Notes under the pieces: generated by a model
Databases searched by the model: none
What the model saw: the letters and a program-made list of their open reading frames with translations, nothing else
Told to the model about the DNA's origin: nothing
Shown here: one piece after another, positions 32,817 to 34,586 of the stretch
How the letters are laid out: every line of letters starts with the position of its first letter
How positions within the stretch are numbered: the first letter of the stretch is position 1
NCBI GenBank assembly: GCA_013115145.1
Contig: JAAPAO010000377.1
Location: forward strand, 1-34,586
Origin: Perkinsus chesapeaki ATCC PRA-425
Taxonomy: Eukaryota; Protista; Perkinsozoa
DNA length: 34,586 nt
Reading direction: 5' to 3'
Translations under genes and position numbers: made by a program

Positions 32817-34392
32817 TGCATGACACTCCATCATGCCATATGTGGCAGAGTCTGTTGTGGTCCGATGTGTGTTGAGTTCTAGAGTCATCCGTCGTAGTCC
32901 ATCGGCGCACCAGAATCTTGAAAAGATACCTGTATTGAATGGCCGAGCTTTCGAATGACGAATCTAAAGAGTCTGAATCAGACCGTCTGATGGTCCTCTC
33001 GAATGAAATCTCTGCTGTGAGAGTTGAGACCCATCTCCCCGATTTCGCACGATCCTGTGATTTGGTATGAGACTTACCAAGTTTGACTTATACGAGTATA
33101 ATTATTATTATGGATGGTTAACAAGTGGTACATGCGCATCTAGGATACTCATTGATATTAAATCGGCCTAGCTAGTCGGAAAGGATGTGTTGCATAGTGT
33201 GAACGATGTGATTTAATTGTTCGAGCTACACACGAGATGTTCTGAATGCTGAATGTTGTTCAGCCTTTCCTTATCGATTTGATAATCCTAAGCCGGCAAT
33301 TGGAAGATCCCTATTCCTACTAGGCTCCAAAATATAATATCAATGTGATGTGTTGGACTTTATTGGCTGCTAAATAAACTAGACTTTAGCTGTCAATGAA
33401 CTCTCGGGAGTTTGAGGAGCCCTTAATCTGAAATTGACCCCGAGAAACTAGCCGAAACGGTTATTGTATGGCTATATCGTTTCACAAAACTTTGTAATTA
33501 TTGGAATGAATACCCCATCATACTCTCATCAATGTGAAGTGTGATGGATATAGTCTAAGGAAACCATCAACGGGCCGTGGTCTAGTTCTTTATTCCTTAT
33601 CGCAGTCTTCTGTTTACAGTTCCAATCGGAAGTTTTACAAACCCTAAGGATACGCAGCATGACGAGATACGTCGTATCGTACAAATGTCGGGCCAGCCTC
33701 ACACACCTCAGAATGGAAGCCGTCAATAAGGACCAGCTTCATATCAATAAAGCGTTGTTTGAAATGTGAGACTTGAAAGCGAACTTGACTGACTGCTCCC
33801 GTCCAAGTAACGTTGATCTCAGCTCAATGGGCTGCAATCCAACGCAATAGTAGTGACAATTGCACGTTTCCAGTCTCCCTAGAATGAGGTATGAAATGAT
33901 TTATCATGGGTGGCCGCTGGTTGACATTATTATGCAAGCACTACTTTCAGTCGAAGGATGTGTTGAATCGCAGAATGGTAAGGGTTGGCTTATGGAATCC
34001 CAATCAGCAGATTCACAAGGCTTTCATTAGAAGATTGAATTCGATTCTAACTTTAACAGTTGAACTGTTGCAATTCAATGGCATCACTCTAATAATCACC
34101 GCGGGAGAACACAACGCGTTAAGGATTTCTGAAATGTCCTCCAGATATACCGTGGTATGCCAGTAAAAACTTGTAAAAATCGGAGAAGTTGACGATGGCA
34201 TCAGATAGAATTCCAGATGCAAAGAATTAATAATATAAGAGCAGCTCTTAAAGAGAACACCAGCATTTTGGCGATAGCGTTTAGACAAGTGGGGATGAAA
34301 ACCCACCATATAAAAAGCCGTCAGTATAATGCGACAAGATTCAATAAGGCTTTTGAACCCGATTAACATTTAAAAAGTGTTGAGCATGAAAG

Positions 34393-34586
34393 CTACGAGC
34401 TATGACGGAGGTTCCTCTGACCATTAATGGGTTGAAGATTATACATTTGAATTACTCTTTTGACGGACGACAGAATATTTAAAGCACCTCCGCCAGGCCT
34501 AAGAGGCATACCAGGGACTTGGAATCGATCGGCATCAGCAAGAAGGATACGCTTGACCATGTCTGGTTCAGCTCCCAGTGATAGAA
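34393..34586 (-). CDS. C-terminal end of another subtilisin paralog (continues beyond the window; absent from the ORF track)
   Basis: The minus strand reads LSLGAEPDMVKRILLADADRFQVPGMPLRPGGGALNILSSVKRVIQMYNLQPINGQRNLRHSS*, aligning with LSIGVEPSRVKTLLLIGADHL..PVGGALNILASVKKAISMYNIRP of the 2366-3679 gene. Confidence 0.9.
   Translation of the reverse strand, partial: LSLGAEPDMVKRILLADADRFQVPGMPLRPGGGALNILSSVKRVIQMYNLQPINGQRNLRHSS

Noticed and set aside
33529-34369. LRR/F-box-like gene
   Set aside because: Only vague Leu-rich spacing; the frames are discontinuous.

Overview
Eukaryotic nuclear DNA, not prokaryotic. It has GT-AG introns (many 41-50 nt), an expanded family of intronless secreted subtilisins and a gypsy-like LTR retroelement relic; this pattern is most consistent with Perkinsus or a related alveolate (inference, no database search run). 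From left to right: a truncated gag-pol relic fused to a truncated subtilisin 5' end; an intact S8 subtilisin; a spliced coiled-coil gene; tRNA-Met(CAT) head-to-head with a spliced FAM183/CFAP144-like gene; a 6-exon ES1/ElbB (GATD3) gene; a secreted tandem saposin-like protein; a PB1 + 3x UBA-like protein; a 7-exon MTAP-family phosphorylase with a 6-oxopurine-type Asn; a 4-exon Ser-rich gene; a frameshifted secreted protein with a PLDLS motif and C-terminal basic NLS; a large decayed multi-exon gene; a 20-bp minisatellite with 10-bp-phased T-tracts; a spliced calcyphosin-like gene; and the 3' end of another subtilisin. Spliced models were assembled by hand and most are not visible in the ORF track. 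The strongest novelty candidates are the E1A-like secreted PLDLS+NLS protein, the phased T-tract array, the PB1-3xUBA protein and the probable methylthioinosine/6-oxopurine phosphorylase.
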